From Planctomycetota bacterium (GTDB taxonomy: Bacteria > Planctomycetota > UBA1135 > UBA2386): DNA of 64,000 nt. This document shows, piece by piece, positions 48,201-57,313 of this stretch. The notes under the pieces were generated by a model that worked only from the letters and a program-made list of their open reading frames with translations, did no database searches and was not told the DNA's origin. Each line of letters opens with the position of its first letter. Position 1 is the first letter of the stretch. A program made the position numbers and the translations under genes. Location: NCBI GenBank assembly GCA_965228735.1, contig OZ245838.1:5088001-5152000 (forward strand), given 5' to 3'.

Positions 48201-48957
48201 TGGCGAGAACGGCAGCAACGACGGCGAGCGCGAGCTCGTGCACGGTGAGGCCAGCCTCGGCGGCGTCCAGGTCGATGGCGTGACGCCCGTCCAGGGCATC
48301 GTCATCACGGTGCCGATCGCGGGGCGCATCACGGGCATCGTCGTCGACGGCGCGGGCCAGCCCGTCGCGGGCGCGGAGATCGCCTACAAGAACACGAGCG
48401 AGCCGCGGCGTCGCAAGAAGACCAACCCGATGCTCGACCTATTCGGCGCGGCGCGTCCGATCACGACCGACAAGGAGGGGCGCTTCACGATCGAGGCGCT
48501 CAACCCGGGCGACTACGAGCTGCGGGCCGAGAAGGGCGACGCGGTCGAGGCCGCGCGCGAGTCGGACATCCGCGTCGATCAGGACGCCACCGTCGAGGTC
48601 ACGCTCGCGCTCGTGCGCGGCGCGACGCTGCGGGTGCGCGCGCGCAATGCGAGCAAGGACCAGATCCCGATCGCGCACGTCTCGCTGCTCGACGGGCGCG
48701 GCAAACCCGTCGTGAACCGCGTGTCGACGCTGTCGGTCCTGCGCCGGCTGATGAACAGCCAGGACGAGGTCGACGACTCCGGTTGGTACTCGTTCGGCAG
48801 CGTGCCGCCCGACACCTACACGATCGTCGTCGCCGAGCCCGGCAAGCCGGAGCTGCGCATCACGCGCACGATCGCGGACGGCGAGACCGTCGAGTGGGAC
48901 ATCGACGTCGCGGCCGAGCTCGAGGCCCAGGGCCGGAGCAACGGCGGCAAGAAGTAG
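45205..48957 (+). CDS. Large protein with multiple carboxypeptidase-regulatory-like repeats
   Basis: N-terminal TM; many repeats of GRVxD...PVxGAxV...TDxxGxFxxxG(L/I)PPG. Confidence 0.88.
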   Translation: MRNRLSAVVVIGAVLLTAFFVWWSTSGDPESSLVPDPGDPTANSDAGLAQGDLAGNSGVATGGVSTAPAREDATIRGPETGVRGIVLDAKTARPLGGVEVIAIKDQPSIEPLIARFRGLFQDGMFVETRAPRRELGRTISNPDGTFEIKGLTAGTVFLDGRSDGWFVRTPGQARLATGEIKDGIELRASPAGRVRGVVLGPDGAPAVGAAVSLRPGVNAFLGQMTERQYRWLETVTDENGRFDLPGVPQGRGYTATAAAPQLALEEEHGVDVRPGQVTELTLRCHQGATILGRVIDEDDAPVAGAAVALVYLDISRMLLSADGRSEPLQSDEDGYFRIESVAAGRVAFVAVAEGSAPSNIAELAVVDGGVYPDIVLQTGVGAVVRGRVVDDQQQPVEGAEVVVRPFERSNDPQFIKMMLKIRKLAATTAADGSFEVAGMTGEAMMIQASKPGYTTAIKTGVKLDAEDIVVEVQRGATIRGVVTSGGEPVKRFRVDTRTRDIPKEEQDGEAAEASGRRERNRDRRRGPPWARGMRERTRQLPEGQQMGDRGMDGNWREISAEDGTFELTGIPPGRIRVRVRAEGFVNAESQTVDLQPGGSSDVLAFEIAAGQTVTGRVIDGATGRPVSDAQVTAYRQRGDDDDGGRGRGMFRANIDREDFDFLGLAAGRSQRTAMSDSTGAFEVTAIEPGQYRFTARHPDLAKSSTTDVEVVADRATAPVEIVLDAGGGVEGTVTGVGMRPLPDALMVAFSIQAGTMRSSTSDDVGYYRIDGLPPGQYIVFKSRMDERADNIGLELMSNMRLKTVTVRQGKMSRLDVHDVGEDGVRVYGVVRENGVPVPRALVTLLGSDRDGLLGMGVRANAAGMDGRFELEGIKPGDYVMQVSRFQGQPVQTTFEMEVPDDVRDLRFDIELPTSTITGRVIDTRGNPVENFPVTLGSDEGALASAGGLIGVIAENGLSQGRTDDNGEFELRSVASGTYRLTAGRRGGPGGGRRGRRSNDGENGSNDGERELVHGEASLGGVQVDGVTPVQGIVITVPIAGRITGIVVDGAGQPVAGAEIAYKNTSEPRRRKKTNPMLDLFGAARPITTDKEGRFTIEALNPGDYELRAEKGDAVEAARESDIRVDQDATVEVTLALVRGATLRVRARNASKDQIPIAHVSLLDGRGKPVVNRVSTLSVLRRLMNSQDEVDDSGWYSFGSVPPDTYTIVVAEPGKPELRITRTIADGETVEWDIDVAAELEAQGRSNGGKK

Positions 48958-48962
48958 CCGCG

Positions 48963-49166
48963 TCAGCGCGGCGGCGGATCCGCGGCGTCGGCCGGCCGCT
49001 TCGGCAGGTCGACGCGGCACGCGGTCTTGCTCGGCACGAACATCGCGACGACCAGGCCGATGACGACGGCGGGGATGATCGCGTTCTCGAGTGCGGTGAA
49101 CTGCTGCACCGCGAAGCCGGCGATGCCGGCGAGGATCACGACCGTGATCCGGCGAGGGCTCGACAG
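48963..49166 (-). CDS. Small two-TM membrane protein absent from the ORF track
   Basis: Manual translation (M)SSPRRITVVILAGIAGFAVQQFTALENAIIPAVVIGLVVAMFVPSKTACRVDLPKRPADAADPPPR*; CTG start at 49166 or GTG at 49139. Confidence 0.6.
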   Translation of the reverse strand: MSSPRRITVVILAGIAGFAVQQFTALENAIIPAVVIGLVVAMFVPSKTACRVDLPKRPADAADPPPR

Positions 49167-49223
49167 GGCTCAGAGCATGGTAAGGAAGTCGTTTGTGGCG
49201 TCCGCGGTTTCAAGAGTCCGGTT

Positions 49224-50282
49224 TCATGGGGCGGGGGGCACGGTCGTCTGGTGCAGGACCTCGAGCAACTCGAAATCCGGTGTGCAGCCGCCGAGTCGAA
49301 ACGTCTCCTTCGGCGGCAGCACGCACGCGCCATCCGTCGTGAGCCGGTGCACTTCGGCGCCGCGCTGCAGCGTGCCCTCGCCGCGCAGCACGAACCAGAA
49401 GCGGCGGTGGTCGTTGTGCTGCACCTCCGCGCTCGTGTCGGGATCGGCGACGCGCACGACGCGCACGCCGATTGCGCCGCCCGACGCGGTGGCGATGCCC
49501 GTGGCGCGCATGTCGAAGCCGGCAGCGACCCACGGCTTGAGCACGGCCCGGCCGCCTTGGTGGCGCGCGAACCGCTGCCCGTCGAACTCGCGTTCGCGGG
49601 CAATGCGTTCGTTCGGCAGGGTGAGCTCGTGATCGAGCCGGGTCTCGTGCTCGGCGGGCGAGCTGACCTCGATCACCTCGAGCCCGGCCGACGACTCGAG
49701 CACGCGATGCCGGATGCGCGGCGGCTGCAGCACGCAGTCGCCGGCCTGCAGCACGAACGGGTCGCCCTGGTCCTCGTAGACGAGCCGAACCCAGCCCGTG
49801 CGGCAGTAGATGATCTGCGCGTCGACCTCGTGGTAGTGCACGTCGTCCGCGACCGGACCGGCGCGTTCGACGCGAATGCGTGACGCGATGAGGCGGCCGT
49901 CCTGCCGCCCGACGATCAGGTCCTGGTACCTCATGCCGGCCCGGCCGTCGTGCCACTCCGCGTCGCCGCCCTGGCGCACGACGAACGTCGCGGGCTGGAA
50001 CGTCGGACCGCGGTGCGCGGGCTCGGCGACGAACTCGAGCACGGTGCCGTTCGGTGCCGTCGCCTCGTGGTGCTCGGCTGCCGGGATGCGCAGATGGCCG
50101 CCGCCGTCCTGCGCACTCGCCTCGAGACAGATTGCGAGGTCGTGGCCGAAGAGCCGTGCTCGCCGCGGCGCGTCGGCGGGGCCGATCGAGTCGAGTCGGA
50201 AGCCCATGTCACGGAAGAAGTCGACGCAGTCCGCGAGCTTGCGGCAGAACAGAACGACTTCGGCGCGATCCGGTGGGCGCAT
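49224..50282 (-). CDS. Glyoxalase-like plus cupin domain protein
   Basis: FFRDMGFRLDSIGPADAP; GRAGMRYQDLI; VHYH, LQPPRIRHRVLE. Confidence 0.8.
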   Translation of the reverse strand: MRPPDRAEVVLFCRKLADCVDFFRDMGFRLDSIGPADAPRRARLFGHDLAICLEASAQDGGGHLRIPAAEHHEATAPNGTVLEFVAEPAHRGPTFQPATFVVRQGGDAEWHDGRAGMRYQDLIVGRQDGRLIASRIRVERAGPVADDVHYHEVDAQIIYCRTGWVRLVYEDQGDPFVLQAGDCVLQPPRIRHRVLESSAGLEVIEVSSPAEHETRLDHELTLPNERIAREREFDGQRFARHQGGRAVLKPWVAAGFDMRATGIATASGGAIGVRVVRVADPDTSAEVQHNDHRRFWFVLRGEGTLQRGAEVHRLTTDGACVLPPKETFRLGGCTPDFELLEVLHQTTVPPAP

Positions 50283-50328
50283 CGGCGCGCCTACTAGACT
50301 GCAAGCTCCCACTCCGCACAATCCCTGC

Positions 50329-52413
50329 ATGCCCTCGCTTCGCCGTCTGGCCTTCGCCTGTCTCAGTCTGCTGCTCTTCGCCTTGCCGGCCCGGGCGACG
50401 TGGTCGATCGTCATCGTCGATGTCGCAACCGGCGAGGTCGCGATCGGCATCGCGACCTGCCTCACCGGCTTCGATCTGCGGCCGACGACGGTGGTCGTCG
50501 TGCCGGGCTTCGGCGTCGCCGCGGCGCAGTCGTTCGTCGGCCCGCTGAACCTGCGCGAGCTGATTCGCGACGAGATCCTCGCGGGCACGCCGGCCAGCCA
50601 GATCATCGCCCAACTCGCGGCCGCCGATCCGAGTCACCAGTCGCGCCAGTACGGCGTCGCCGCGGTCGTCGGCGGCACCGCGACGTTCACGGGCACTGGC
50701 GCCGGCGGGTTCGCCGGTGGCCTCACGGGCCAGAGCGGCAACCTGATCTACGCGATCCAGGGGAACGTGATCACCGGCCTGCCCGTGGTCACGCAGGCCG
50801 AGCAGGCGATCATCAACACGCCGGGCACGATGGGCGACAAGCTCATGGCCGCCATGCAGGCCGCCCGCGCGATGGGTGGCGACGGTCGTTGCTCGTGCCT
50901 CACGGGCGGCCCGACGTCGTGCGGTTCGCCGCCGGCGAACTTCACCAAGTCGTCGCACATCGGCCTGATGATCCTGAGCCGACCGAGTGACATCGACGCG
51001 CTGTGCTCGCCGGCGCTCGGCTGCGGCGCCGGTGACTACTGGATGGACCTCAACGTCAGAAATCAACAGGCGAACGATCCGGACCCGGTCGTGCAGCTGC
51101 AGACGATGTACAACACGTGGAAGGCGCAACAGGTCGGGCGGCCCGATCACTTCCAGTCGTCGGTGACGCTGAGCGGCACGACGATCCGCGCCAACGGCGT
51201 CGACGAGGTCACCGGCACCGTCTGGCTGCGCGACGCGCAGGGCAACCCGCTCGGCAACACGCTGCCCGTGACCGTCGGCCTCAGCGTGCGCAGCACGGTC
51301 TCCAACGTCGAGTTCGGCCCCGTGGTCCCGCTCGCGAACGGCAGCTACGAGTTCACGATGCGCGGCGATCTCGCGGTCGGCGAAGCGATCCTCGATGTCG
51401 CGGTCGACGACGGTCTCGGCCGTGTCGGCATCGCACCGCAGCCCGTCGTGGACGTGCTCGACGCGTTCGGCTCCTGCGGCGTGGGCGCGATCAGCGACGG
51501 CCAGGGCGGCGTGATCGATGCGCTCGAGATCGGCGGCAGCGGCGGCGGGGCCGCGCGCTTCGTCGAGATCGGGCGTGACCAGCCGTTCCTGCTCACGCTC
51601 GAGCCGCCGGTCGGCGCGCCGATGACGGCGCCGGTCGGGGCGTTCGCGCTCTGGGCCCACCTCGGCCTGCCGACGCCGGGCGCCGAGCTGTTCCTCGGTT
51701 CGGGCAGCGGTTCGCTCTGCTTCCGGCCGCTGCCGTTCTCGAACGCGCCCACGATCCTGCTCGCGGATTCGATCCTCGCCAGCGGCTTCTATCCCGCGAC
51801 GCGGGCGCCGTGGACGCTCGGCTTCCCCGGCATCCCGGCACTCCTCGATGTCACGTTGCAGGCGGTGATGGCCGTCGATCCGCAGGGCACCATCGCCGCG
51901 ACCAACGCGCTCATGCTGCGCACGACGCCGCTGACGCCGCCGCAGATCCTCGGCATCACGCCGGCCGCGGCGCTCGGCGGCACGCCGGTGCAGATCAACG
52001 GCAACAACTTCCAGAACGGCATCGAGCTGCGCGTCGGCGGGCAGCCAACGGCGATCAACGCGCGCACGCCGACGACGATCGACTTCGTCATGCCGACCGG
52101 GCTCGGCTGCGACACGACGGTCGCGCTCAACAACGTCGGCACAGCGCCGGTCTCGCGGACCTACAACGGTACGCCGTCGATCTCGTTCTTGCCGTTCTCG
52201 AGCGGACCCGCCGCGGGTGGCAGCTTCTTCGCGATCACGGGGCAGAACCTCGGCGGTGCGACCGCGACGATCGGCGGCAACCCGGTCGTCGTGACCAGCC
52301 AGACGACCACGTCGATCGTCGGCACGACGCCGCCCGGCACGCCCGGCCCGGCGACGGTGCTCGTCGTCAACCCGCTCGGGTGCCAGGACACGGCGATCTA
52401 CACCTACCAGTAG
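50329..52413 (+). CDS. DUF1028 (Ntn-hydrolase-like) secreted protein with Ig-like and IPT/TIG domains
   Basis: Signal peptide then TWSIV, RQYG, IQGN, GGDGR; two C-terminal IPT/TIG repeats. Confidence 0.85.
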   Translation: MPSLRRLAFACLSLLLFALPARATWSIVIVDVATGEVAIGIATCLTGFDLRPTTVVVVPGFGVAAAQSFVGPLNLRELIRDEILAGTPASQIIAQLAAADPSHQSRQYGVAAVVGGTATFTGTGAGGFAGGLTGQSGNLIYAIQGNVITGLPVVTQAEQAIINTPGTMGDKLMAAMQAARAMGGDGRCSCLTGGPTSCGSPPANFTKSSHIGLMILSRPSDIDALCSPALGCGAGDYWMDLNVRNQQANDPDPVVQLQTMYNTWKAQQVGRPDHFQSSVTLSGTTIRANGVDEVTGTVWLRDAQGNPLGNTLPVTVGLSVRSTVSNVEFGPVVPLANGSYEFTMRGDLAVGEAILDVAVDDGLGRVGIAPQPVVDVLDAFGSCGVGAISDGQGGVIDALEIGGSGGGAARFVEIGRDQPFLLTLEPPVGAPMTAPVGAFALWAHLGLPTPGAELFLGSGSGSLCFRPLPFSNAPTILLADSILASGFYPATRAPWTLGFPGIPALLDVTLQAVMAVDPQGTIAATNALMLRTTPLTPPQILGITPAAALGGTPVQINGNNFQNGIELRVGGQPTAINARTPTTIDFVMPTGLGCDTTVALNNVGTAPVSRTYNGTPSISFLPFSSGPAAGGSFFAITGQNLGGATATIGGNPVVVTSQTTTSIVGTTPPGTPGPATVLVVNPLGCQDTAIYTYQ

Positions 52414-52435
52414 CGCGTCGCCGCCCGGAACACGG

Positions 52436-54463
52436 TCACGCTTCGGCGAGCCAGCGCTGCGGTCGCCGTTCGTCGGGCGGCAGATCGCGGTCCACGCGCG
52501 CGAAGCCGCGCGGTCCGGCATCGTGGACGATGTGGGCGACGGCGCTGCGTTCGAGTCCGAACGCGTCGCCGACGAGTCGGTCGATCGCCGTCAACGCCCG
52601 GCCGCGCGCTCGGCGGTCGTGCAGAGGAGCGCTGCTCTCTCGAGCATCGCAGCACCAGCCCTCGCGCTCGGCTCGCTGCCAGAGCGCCCGATGCCACGGC
52701 AGGATCGCACACAGCTGCAGCGCGAGTCGGGCGAGCTCGCGCGTCGTGGCGATCGACAGACGCGGGAAGCGGCAGTCGGTCAGGACGAAGCCATTGAGGT
52801 TGGTGCCGGTCAGTCGCCGGCGCAGCGCCCAGTCGAACGGCAGCGACCCGAGAACGGCGGCGCCCGCGGCGAGGTGCAGCAACGGCGTATCGGTCACTGT
52901 CCTCTCGGTGAGCACGCCGAGGGAGTTGCCGCACGGCACGTCGGGCAGCAGGCACGCGGCGGCCGTGCGTTCGTTGGTCGCGTTGGACAGCGCGCGCAGC
53001 GCGATCCGGGCCGGCCCGCGCTCTCCGGCCCCGGCCCGAAAGGCCGCCGCGTCGACGAGGTAGAGCGGCCGCAGATCGTTGCACTCGCGCGGCGGTTGCC
53101 AGCGCGTCTTGTGACCCGTGCCGCCGGCGTGCGCGCCGGTGTTGGGATGCAGGTCGAACAGCATCGCGCCCTGGTAGAGCGGCAGCAGCTCGGAGTTCTG
53201 TTGGTCCTGCGGGCGCTCCGGTCGGCGCCACACGCCGTCGCGGTCGTCGCGCCGGTAGCCCTGCTCCTCGGCGATCGTCCGCTGCACGAACCGGTCGCGG
53301 TCCGACGTCATGTTGAAGTCGCCCTGCCGCCACTCGAACGCGCCGCCGGGTCCCGTCAACGGCATGCTGCGATCCTGCATGCGCGCGAGGAGCTCGAGGT
53401 CCGTCACGTGTTCGCATTCCACGAACGTCGCGTGCCGCGGGCTGAGCCCTTGGAGTCGCGTGCGCGGATAGCGCACGCTGGCAGGTGACCGCGCGGCCCA
53501 GTCCGCCGGATCCGTGCGACCGAACGCGCAGCGTACCGCGGTCGTGTGACCGCCGCGTCGGCCGATCACCACCGCAAACCGATAGCGGCTGTCGATCGCG
53601 AACAGGCGCCGGCGGTTCTCGAAGCCGAACAGCCATTCCCACTCGCACTCGTCGAGCAGCAGCTGTCGCAGCGGCGCGGCGTCGCGGTCGAACCAGAGGC
53701 TCGCGGGAACGATGAGTCCGAAGCGGCCGCCTGGGCGCAGCAGCTGGTGCGCGCGTTCGACGAACAGCCGATAGGTGAACAGCTTGCCGTTGCCCTGGTG
53801 CGCGAATCGCGCACGCAGCCTGGCGACGTGATCACGCGAGTACGAGTCCGCCTGCAGCGTCTCCCACGGCGGGTTGGTGAGCACCGCGTCGAACGGGTTG
53901 CCGTCGAGATCGAGCAGGCCGTCGCCGCGGCGGACGTTGGCCGCGATGGTGCGGGGATCGAGGGCGTCCCGATCCGCGCCGAGCTCGATCGCGGTCTCGT
54001 GGACGGCGAGCGCCGCCAGCGCGGCGGCGGTGCTGTCGACGTCGACGCCGTGCAGCGTCGTTGCCGCGCGCCCGGGGTCGGCGCCGTTCTGCACGAGCCA
54101 GCGCAACGCCGCGACGAGGAACGTGCCGCCGCCCGCCGCAGGGTCGCAGATGCGCAGCCCGGGATCCTGGACGCGGTCGACGAGCGGAGCGAGCGCTCGG
54201 TCGACGGTGGGCGTCGCGAGTGCCGGCGGCGTGTACCAGGTGCCGCGGCGCTTGCGCTGCTCACTCGCGAGGAGCTCGGGGTAGCGCGCGGCGAGCGTCG
54301 TGAAGTCGGCGTCGAGCAGGCCCGTCGTCGCGCCGTCGCCGAGTTCCATCCCGAGATCCTCCGCGCCGTCGATCGGCAGCAGCTGTTCTGCGAGGCATGC
54401 CGACAACCGCGCAGCGGCGAGGCGGCGGATGAACGTTCGGGCCGCGGTCCAGCGTTCGCTCAT
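52436..54463 (-). CDS. N6-adenine DNA methyltransferase (Eco57I/type IIG-like MTase plus target-recognition region)
   Basis: GTWYTP, DPAAGGGTF, GVDVD, FDAVLTNPPW, LFVER, FENRRRLF, NATNERT. Confidence 0.88.
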   Translation of the reverse strand: MSERWTAARTFIRRLAAARLSACLAEQLLPIDGAEDLGMELGDGATTGLLDADFTTLAARYPELLASEQRKRRGTWYTPPALATPTVDRALAPLVDRVQDPGLRICDPAAGGGTFLVAALRWLVQNGADPGRAATTLHGVDVDSTAAALAALAVHETAIELGADRDALDPRTIAANVRRGDGLLDLDGNPFDAVLTNPPWETLQADSYSRDHVARLRARFAHQGNGKLFTYRLFVERAHQLLRPGGRFGLIVPASLWFDRDAAPLRQLLLDECEWEWLFGFENRRRLFAIDSRYRFAVVIGRRGGHTTAVRCAFGRTDPADWAARSPASVRYPRTRLQGLSPRHATFVECEHVTDLELLARMQDRSMPLTGPGGAFEWRQGDFNMTSDRDRFVQRTIAEEQGYRRDDRDGVWRRPERPQDQQNSELLPLYQGAMLFDLHPNTGAHAGGTGHKTRWQPPRECNDLRPLYLVDAAAFRAGAGERGPARIALRALSNATNERTAAACLLPDVPCGNSLGVLTERTVTDTPLLHLAAGAAVLGSLPFDWALRRRLTGTNLNGFVLTDCRFPRLSIATTRELARLALQLCAILPWHRALWQRAEREGWCCDARESSAPLHDRRARGRALTAIDRLVGDAFGLERSAVAHIVHDAGPRGFARVDRDLPPDERRPQRWLAEA

Positions 54464-55665
54464 CCGAGGATCGCGGGGAAGCCCGCCGCTGCGAGCGTCG
54501 CGAGGATGCGTTCGACATGGGCGGCGCCGCGGGTCTCCATGACGACGACGAGTTCGGCCTCCCGCGCACCGCCCTTGGAGAACACCCGCTCGTGCTGGAT
54601 GTCGACGATGTCCGCGCCCTGCGCGCCGATCATCTCGCTGATCTTCGCGAGCGTGCCGGGGACGTCCTTCATCGGGATGCGGAGCCGCGCGACCTTGCCG
54701 TCCTTCTGCAGCGACCGCAGCAGCACGGTCGACAGCAACCGGCGGTCGATGTTGCCGCCGCAGATCACGACGCCGACGGTGCGGCCTGCGAACGCCTCGC
54801 GATGGCGACACACCGCCGCGAAGCCGGCCGCGCCCGCGCCTTCCGCCACGATCTTGCCGTGCGTCACGAGTGCCTGGATCGCGTCCTCGATGTCGCTCTC
54901 GGACACGAGCAGGATGTCGTCGACGTGTTCTCCGATGATCGCGCTCGTGAGCTTGCCCGGTGTCTTCACCGCGATGCCATCGGCGAGCGAGTGGGTGCGC
55001 AGCGGCATCGGTTCGTTGCGCAGGTGCGCGACCATCGCCGGGCACAGTTCGCTCTGCACGCCGATCACACGCACGTCGGGGCGCTCGGACTTGGTCCACA
55101 GCGCGATGCCGCCGATGAGCCCGCCGCCGCCGATCGGCACGACGATCGTGTCGAGGTCGGGGCAGTCCGCGAGCAGCTCGATCGCGACCGTGCCCTGCCC
55201 CGCGATGATGTCCGGGTCGTCGTAGGGATGGACGAACTCGAGATTGCGTTCCTTGGCCAGCGACCGGGCGATCTCGGAGCACTCGCTGACGGACTCGCCC
55301 TCGAGCACGACCTCGGCACCGTGCCCTTCGGTGCGCTCGACCTTGGCGAACGGGGTCGTGACCGGCATCACGATCGTCGCGGGCAGCCCGAGGCGCTGCG
55401 CGTGGTAGGCGACGCCCTGGGCGTGATTCCCGGCTGACGCGGCGATCACGCCGGCCGGCGGCGTGGCGCTCTCGGCGAGCCGCTGCAGCTTGAGGCACGA
55501 ACCGCGGTCCTTGAACGAGCCCGTGAACTGCATGTTCTCGAGCTTGAGCGCGAGCTGCGTGCCGGCGTGACCGTCGAGCCGGGGCGACCGGATGGTCGGC
55601 GTGCGGACCACGTGGTCCCTGATCGCGTCGGCGGCGATGCGGATGTCGTTCGCTGTGACTGCCAT
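54460..55665 (-). CDS. ilvA: Threonine ammonia-lyase with ACT domain
   Basis: KLENMQFTGSFKDRG, ASAGNHAQG, GQGT, PIGGGGL, CGGNID; C-terminal ACT (DVPGTL). Confidence 0.9.
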   Translation of the reverse strand: MAVTANDIRIAADAIRDHVVRTPTIRSPRLDGHAGTQLALKLENMQFTGSFKDRGSCLKLQRLAESATPPAGVIAASAGNHAQGVAYHAQRLGLPATIVMPVTTPFAKVERTEGHGAEVVLEGESVSECSEIARSLAKERNLEFVHPYDDPDIIAGQGTVAIELLADCPDLDTIVVPIGGGGLIGGIALWTKSERPDVRVIGVQSELCPAMVAHLRNEPMPLRTHSLADGIAVKTPGKLTSAIIGEHVDDILLVSESDIEDAIQALVTHGKIVAEGAGAAGFAAVCRHREAFAGRTVGVVICGGNIDRRLLSTVLLRSLQKDGKVARLRIPMKDVPGTLAKISEMIGAQGADIVDIQHERVFSKGGAREAELVVVMETRGAAHVERILATLAAAGFPAILG

Positions 55666-55728
55666 GCTTGCTGGCCCCCGACGCCTACGGGCTGGGACCG
55701 CCAGAGCGTATCGCGCATGATGGCCGCA

Positions 55729-56016
55729 ATGGAGCAGTTGCTGTGGGCTCTCGTCCTGCTCGTCAACGTCGCCGCCGTGGTCGCCTTCGGCTTCGACAAG
55801 CTGCAGAGCAAACGTCAGAAGGCGCGCCGGATCCCCGAGCGCGTCCTGCTCTGGCTCATGTTCTTCGGCGGCCTGCTCGGCGGGTGGTTCGCGATGAGCT
55901 TCTTCCGCCACAAGACCATCAAGCGTTCGTTCCGCGTGAAAGCGGTGCTCGTGACGCTGCTCAGTCCGGTCTGGCTGCTCGTCTACTGGTGGTTCAAGGG
56001 CGGCGGCGAGGCCTGA
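55729..56016 (+). CDS. DUF1294 small membrane protein
   Basis: FGFDK...RRIPERVL...GG..GG..AM..FRHKTIK. Confidence 0.9.
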   Translation: MEQLLWALVLLVNVAAVVAFGFDKLQSKRQKARRIPERVLLWLMFFGGLLGGWFAMSFFRHKTIKRSFRVKAVLVTLLSPVWLLVYWWFKGGGEA

Positions 56017-56059
56017 GCCTCGCGGCCTGAACCGGCGGCGATCCGGCCCTACGGCGGAC

Positions 56060-57235
56060 CTACAGCTTGAGTTCGACGCCGGCGCGCGCGCGGGCATCGA
56101 ACAGCACCGCCTCCTGCCGTGCCCGTCGCATCACGATCTCGATCGACGGGATCGCGTCGTCGGTGAACAGCGCGAACACGTGCTGGTTGAACCCGCGCCG
56201 TTGGATGATGTGCCAGCCGTACTGGCTCTCGACGACGTCACTGATCTCGCCGTCCTTCAGCGCCCACGCCGCGCGGCAGAGCGATGCCGGCAGGCGATCG
56301 TCGAAGCGGCGGACGCCGTTGAGCTCGCCGCCGCGCCGGGCCGTCCGCGTGTCGTCGGAGAAGCGCCGTGCGAGGTCCGCGAAGTTCGACCCGTCGGGGC
56401 GCAGCCGCAGCTTGAGGTCGGCGAGCTTCTCGTTCGCGCGGCCGCGGGCCTCGTCGATCAGCAGCAGCCCCGTGCCCGCATCGCGGTGCTGCACGAGGAT
56501 GTGCGAGATGTCGACCATCCCGCCGAAGTAGCGCGCGTTCTCGTTGAAGAAGTTGCGCAGCTGCAGCCGGTTGTATTCACCCGGTTCGAAGTAGTCGAGC
56601 CAGCCCTGCACCTCGATCGCGAGGCCGTTGTGCAGCTGGTAGCGCGTCAGCAGCTGGTTGACCGTGTCCTGTGACAACTCGGTGCCGTCACCGCTGCGCT
56701 GGGCCGCGTAGTTCTTCAGCCAGGCTTCGAAGCTCGTCTTGAGCTGCGCGCTGATCGCCGCATCCAGCTCCTTCTCGTCGATCTTCGAGTCGGCCTGCTC
56801 GGCGACGAAGCGGAACGCGCGGATGTCGGCGTAGTGTCGCACCCACGGCGCCAGCAGATCCGAGCGCAGGTAACCGTGGATCGTCGGCAGCTTCGGCTTC
56901 TTGTCGAGCGCTGCGCGCAGCCCGGGGTGGTGGCGCTCGTCGATGTGATCGATGAGCTCGCCGAGCGTGACCGGCACGCCGCCGACGACGGCGACGGCGC
57001 GACCGCGGTCCTCGGGATAGCGCAGCAGCACGAAGTCGGTGCCCTTCGGCTGCTTGTCCTGCTTGGACGGTTTGTTGGCCTGCGAGGCCATGTCCTGGTC
57101 GGCGCCGAACGGCGCCGGTTTCTTGCCCGCCGGCACGATCGCGGGCTCCTGGGCGGGCAGCACAGGACCGGCGGCGGCGAACGTCGCGCCCACGAACAGG
57201 CTCGCCAGCGAGAGCATCGGGATCGGCTTCGGCAT
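56060..57235 (-). CDS. PpiC/parvulin-type peptidyl-prolyl isomerase
   Basis: Signal peptide; SHILV, FADLARRFSDD, GGELN, GEISDVVESQYGWHII. Confidence 0.9.
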   Translation of the reverse strand: MPKPIPMLSLASLFVGATFAAAGPVLPAQEPAIVPAGKKPAPFGADQDMASQANKPSKQDKQPKGTDFVLLRYPEDRGRAVAVVGGVPVTLGELIDHIDERHHPGLRAALDKKPKLPTIHGYLRSDLLAPWVRHYADIRAFRFVAEQADSKIDEKELDAAISAQLKTSFEAWLKNYAAQRSGDGTELSQDTVNQLLTRYQLHNGLAIEVQGWLDYFEPGEYNRLQLRNFFNENARYFGGMVDISHILVQHRDAGTGLLLIDEARGRANEKLADLKLRLRPDGSNFADLARRFSDDTRTARRGGELNGVRRFDDRLPASLCRAAWALKDGEISDVVESQYGWHIIQRRGFNQHVFALFTDDAIPSIEIVMRRARQEAVLFDARARAGVELKL

Positions 57236-57313
57236 GGTGGTCCTATAGCATCGCCGCTGCCGAACGTTTCCTTGAACCGACAGCGGGCCACAAGTTCGAT
57301 GTCGAGACCCCGC

